Below are positions 60,568-64,000 of a stretch of 64,000 nucleotides of DNA, one piece after another; within the stretch, counting starts at the first letter, position 1, and the number at the start of each line of letters is the position of its first letter. The DNA is taken from positions 18,897 to 82,896 of the forward strand of contig JAZREL010000036.1 in NCBI GenBank assembly GCA_045660785.1, written 5' to 3'. Under the pieces are notes generated by a model. It saw only the letters and a program-made list of their open reading frames with translations. It searched no databases and was not told where the DNA came from. The position numbers and the translations under genes were made by a program. Source of the stretch: Eubacteriales bacterium (GTDB lineage Bacteria; Bacillota; Clostridia; Oscillospirales; CAG-272).

Positions 60568-62508
60568 ATGAATAAGGAAAAATACTATATAACCACGGCT
60601 ATTGCATATGCATCAAGAAAGCCACACTTTGGAAACACATATGAGGTTATTGCAACTGATGCAATTGCGCGCTACAAAAGACAAAGGGGCTACGACGTGC
60701 GCTTTATGACAGGCACGGACGAGCACGGTCAAAAGGTACAGGACCTTGCAAAGGATGCAGGCATTACACCAAAGCAATACGTTGATAACATTGCGGGTGA
60801 AATTAAAACGATTTGGGATTTGATGAACACCTCATACGACCATTTTATCAGAACCACCGATGACTATCACGAAACCGCGGTTGAGCATATTTTCAAGAAG
60901 CTCTACGACCAAGGCGATATTTATAAGGGCTACTACGAGGGTCTTTACTGCACTCCTTGCGAGTCATTCTTTACTGAAACACAGCTTGTTGACGGCAAGT
61001 GCCCCGACTGTGGCCGTGAGGTTACAAAGACAAAGGAAGAGGCGTACTTCTTCAAGATGAGCAAATATGCTGACCGTCTTATGAAGCATATCGAGGAGAA
61101 CCCCGATTTCATTCAGCCCGAATCAAGAAAGAAGGAAATGATCAACAACTTCTTAAACCCGGGACTTCAGGACCTTTGTGTTTCCCGTACCTCATTCAAC
61201 TGGGGCGTTAGCGTTACCTTTGACCCTAAGCACGTAATTTACGTTTGGATTGACGCGCTTTCAAACTACATCACCGGTCTTGGCTACGACCCTGACAATG
61301 CGGAGCAGCCCGAGCTATTCAAGAAGTATTGGCCGGCTGACGTTCATATCATCGGCAAGGACATTGTTAGATTCCATACAATTTATTGGCCTATTATGCT
61401 TATGGCACTCGGCGTTGAGCTTCCAAAAAAGGTGTTCGGTCACCCTTGGTTCAATTTTGGCGCTGACAAGATGTCAAAATCGAGAGGAAACGTTGTTTAC
61501 GCTGACGAGTTGGCAGAAAAGTTCGGTGTTGACGGCGTAAGATACTACGCTATTAGCGAAATGCCATATGCAAACGACGGCTCAATCACTTACGAAAACA
61601 TTATAAACAGATATAACACCGACCTTGCAAACAATCTCGGTAATCTTCTTAGCCGTACAATCGCTATGACAAAGAAGTATTTTGGCGGTATTATCCCCGA
61701 AAACGTAGCGTTTGACAGCGAGTTTGACAGTGACCTTAAAGCAAAAGCAGCGGACACTGTGTCTAAATTCACATCTCTTATGGACGAGTTTAAGCTTGCA
61801 GAGGCAGCTGAGGTTGTCTTTGATATGCTTAGCCGCGCAAACAAGTATATTGACGAAACCACACCTTGGATTTTAGCCAAGGATGAAAGCCAAAAGGCAC
61901 GTCTTGGCACAGTGCTTTACAACCTTCTTGAAACGCTTAGATTTGGCGCGGTGCTTCTTTACCCATTTATCCCTGCAACCGCACAGGAGATTTTCAATGA
62001 GCTTAACACCGAGCTTGTTTCATACGAAACGCTTGATAGCTTCGGTATGCTTGTAAGCGGCCGCGAGGTTGGCGAGCAAAAGGTGCTTTTCCAACGAATT
62101 GACGAAGCAAAGATGCTTGCTGACATTGAAGCGGAAATGGCGAAGAAGGCAGAAGCTGCAAAGGCACAAGAAAAGCCCGAGGGCTGCGCTATAATCGGCA
62201 TTGACAAGTTTATGGAGGTTGAGCTTAGAACAGCCGAGGTGCTTGAATGTGAGTCAGTGCCAAAGGCAAAGAAGCTTCTTAAGCTTCAGCTTGACCTTGG
62301 CTACGAAAAGCGTCAGGTTGTATCGGGAATTGCTAAGTTCTACAAGCCCGAGGAATTGGTGGGCAAAAAGGTAATTGTTGTTGCAAACCTTTCACCTGCT
62401 AAGCTTTGCGGCATTGAATCAAACGGTATGATTCTTGCATCGGGCGAGGATGACGTGCGCGTTATTTTCCTTGATAAGGATACTCCAAACGGTCAACGAG
62501 TAAGATAA
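60568..62508 (+). CDS. metG: Methionine--tRNA ligase (MetRS1 type with C-terminal tRNA-binding domain)
   Basis: YITTAIAY, TGTDEHG, one Zn knuckle (CTPC/CPDC), KMSKS, OB-fold tail. Confidence 0.97.
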   Translation: MNKEKYYITTAIAYASRKPHFGNTYEVIATDAIARYKRQRGYDVRFMTGTDEHGQKVQDLAKDAGITPKQYVDNIAGEIKTIWDLMNTSYDHFIRTTDDYHETAVEHIFKKLYDQGDIYKGYYEGLYCTPCESFFTETQLVDGKCPDCGREVTKTKEEAYFFKMSKYADRLMKHIEENPDFIQPESRKKEMINNFLNPGLQDLCVSRTSFNWGVSVTFDPKHVIYVWIDALSNYITGLGYDPDNAEQPELFKKYWPADVHIIGKDIVRFHTIYWPIMLMALGVELPKKVFGHPWFNFGADKMSKSRGNVVYADELAEKFGVDGVRYYAISEMPYANDGSITYENIINRYNTDLANNLGNLLSRTIAMTKKYFGGIIPENVAFDSEFDSDLKAKAADTVSKFTSLMDEFKLAEAAEVVFDMLSRANKYIDETTPWILAKDESQKARLGTVLYNLLETLRFGAVLLYPFIPATAQEIFNELNTELVSYETLDSFGMLVSGREVGEQKVLFQRIDEAKMLADIEAEMAKKAEAAKAQEKPEGCAIIGIDKFMEVELRTAEVLECESVPKAKKLLKLQLDLGYEKRQVVSGIAKFYKPEELVGKKVIVVANLSPAKLCGIESNGMILASGEDDVRVIFLDKDTPNGQRVR

Positions 62509-62723
62509 CGGGGATGTTGCAATAAGCACAGACCAAAAATAGACACGTTTAATCTAAAATTAATTTTACGTAAATTTTAGAAATAATAAGGTAGAGAACT
62601 TGCAAATTTTGCAAGTTCTCCTAGATTTTATGTCTATTTTTTAGACGCGACCTCGCACTCTACCGTACAAAGTACGCCGACGTGTACGAGTTCACGCCTT
62701 CTGCACTCATTTCACTATCCCCT
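62509..62723. mobile_element. MITE-like non-autonomous element
   Basis: Imperfect TIRs GGGGATGTTGCAATAAG / CTCATTTCACTATCCCC; flanking AGATAA direct repeats at 62503-08 and 62724-29; internal palindromes; no ORF. Confidence 0.6.
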
Positions 62724-62762
62724 AGATAAATCGCACACCCTGTGTGCGAAATTGAGGTTTTT

Positions 62763-63545
62763 ATGAAATTGTTTGATACACACGCGCATTGTGATGACAA
62801 GCGCTTTGAGGAAGAATACGAGGGCGGATGCGAGGGTGTAATTCGCGATGCCTTCCAAGACGGAATTTCAAATATAATAAATATCGGCACGTGCCTTGAA
62901 AATTCACGCGTGTCAATCGAGCTGGCGAAAAAGCACGAGGGAATGTACGCCGCGTGCGGCATCCACCCAAGCGACGTTTTGAGCTACGATAACGTCGATG
63001 AGGTTATGTGTGAGCTTGAAAAGCTTACCAAGGACGAGCTTTGTGTGGCTATTGGTGAAATCGGCCTTGACTACCACTACGAGGACGTACCGAGAGATAT
63101 TCAAGCTATTTATTTTGAGAAGCAAATGGCGCTTGCCGAAAAGCTGAATATGCCCGTTATAATTCACGACCGCGATGCACACGGTGACTCACTTGAAATG
63201 GTGAAAAAATTCCCAAACGTTAAGGGTGTTTTCCACAGCTTTAGCGGAAGCCCCGAGATGGCACTTGAGCTTATAAAGCTTGGATGGTACATTTCTTTTT
63301 CGGGAACAGTAACCTTCAAAAACGCGCGCGTGCCAAAGGAAGCTTGCGTGGTTGTGCCAGAGGACAGGTTGCTTATTGAAACAGACGCGCCGTATCTTGC
63401 ACCGACACCGCACAGAGGCACGATAAACAAGCCGTCCTACGTGCGCTTAACCTGCGAGGAAATTGCGCGCTTACGCGGAAAAGAGCCCGAGGAAATTGCA
63501 AGAATAACTATGGAAAATGCAAAGCGACTTTTTAATATAAAATAA
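62763..63545 (+). CDS. tatD: TatD family deoxyribonuclease
   Basis: FDTHAH, GIHP, GEIGLDY, IHDRDAH, HSFSG, ETDAPYL. Confidence 0.95.
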   Translation: MKLFDTHAHCDDKRFEEEYEGGCEGVIRDAFQDGISNIINIGTCLENSRVSIELAKKHEGMYAACGIHPSDVLSYDNVDEVMCELEKLTKDELCVAIGEIGLDYHYEDVPRDIQAIYFEKQMALAEKLNMPVIIHDRDAHGDSLEMVKKFPNVKGVFHSFSGSPEMALELIKLGWYISFSGTVTFKNARVPKEACVVVPEDRLLIETDAPYLAPTPHRGTINKPSYVRLTCEEIARLRGKEPEEIARITMENAKRLFNIK

Positions 63546-63650
63546 TTTTAAGCGCTTATTTAAGGACTGCTCTATTCTATTTTACAAAATTCGACACGAA
63601 AAGAGCCAAAATAAAGAGATGCCGAAAACGTCACCCCAAAAACCCTTTAC

Positions 63651-63679
63651 GAATATAAAAACGAATTGCCTCATACACT
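63651..63679 (+). promoter_or_regulatory. Sigma-E-type sporulation promoter
   Basis: GAATATA-N14-CATACACT fits the B. subtilis sigma-E consensus. Confidence 0.65.
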
Positions 63680-63698
63680 ATGTATGAGGTGATTTTTT

Positions 63699-64000
63699 AT
63701 GAACAAGGACGCTATTTCATATACAGTTAAATTTTTTATAATTTCGCTTTTGTCAGCCGTGATAGTTTTGCTGCTTGGAATTGCTTTTATAAAGCTTGTC
63801 GATGGCCGCTCCCCTGCCCTGCCCTTGCCTACCTCGACACAAAACGACAAGGCAACGATTGTAATTGACGCAGGACACGGTGGCGAGGATGCAGGCGCGA
63901 TTGCGCCCGACGGCACCTTAGAAAAGGATTTGAACCTTGAAATTGCAAACCTTGTCTATGCCCTTTGCATTCTTAACGGCACAGAGGTAAAAATGACAAG
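63699..64000 (+). CDS. N-acetylmuramoyl-L-alanine amidase (Amidase_3, CwlD-like), truncated by the window end
   Basis: Translated by eye: N-terminal TM, then IVIDAGHGGEDAGA...LEKDLNLEIA; GAGGTG RBS. Confidence 0.85.
   Translation, partial: MNKDAISYTVKFFIISLLSAVIVLLLGIAFIKLVDGRSPALPLPTSTQNDKATIVIDAGHGGEDAGAIAPDGTLEKDLNLEIANLVYALCILNGTEVKMT

Overview
This is a mostly core-chromosome window from a spore-forming Bacillota (Clostridia-like, probably a gut or rumen anaerobe). Housekeeping blocks include the end of uxaC, pepD, a complete atpIBEFHAGDC operon with a Na+-type c subunit, miaB-ylbF-mutS-mutL-tgt, tRNA-Leu(GAG), and a Gfo/coaE/M18 peptidase/eda/prfA/sua5/parC operon. Further blocks are mscS, nadK-nfnAB, cotJABC, trkAH, gap, holB-ricT-ferredoxin-methyltransferase-rsmI, and nagA-metG-tatD followed by a cwlD-like amidase. 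Accessory genes are scattered among these: four BspA/LRR_5 surface proteins, two paralogous lipoproteins, an AraC regulator and a large membrane-anchored protein of unknown function. I see no phage, intact transposase, integrase, reverse transcriptase or CRISPR-Cas. The most unusual signals are non-coding. (1) Two intra-operon arrays in which a constant 8-nt linker (TATATCAT) separates different perfect triloop hairpins. (2) A duplicated, coding-conserved alternative 3' end of uxaC around nested palindromic repeats. (3) An inverted copy and T-arm-like repeats of the tRNA 3' end. (4) A MITE-like element with a 6-bp target duplication at the metG stop codon. (5) An LRR-type promoter with a Spo0A box firing antisense into araC. 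All calls come from reading motifs by eye; no database searches were run.
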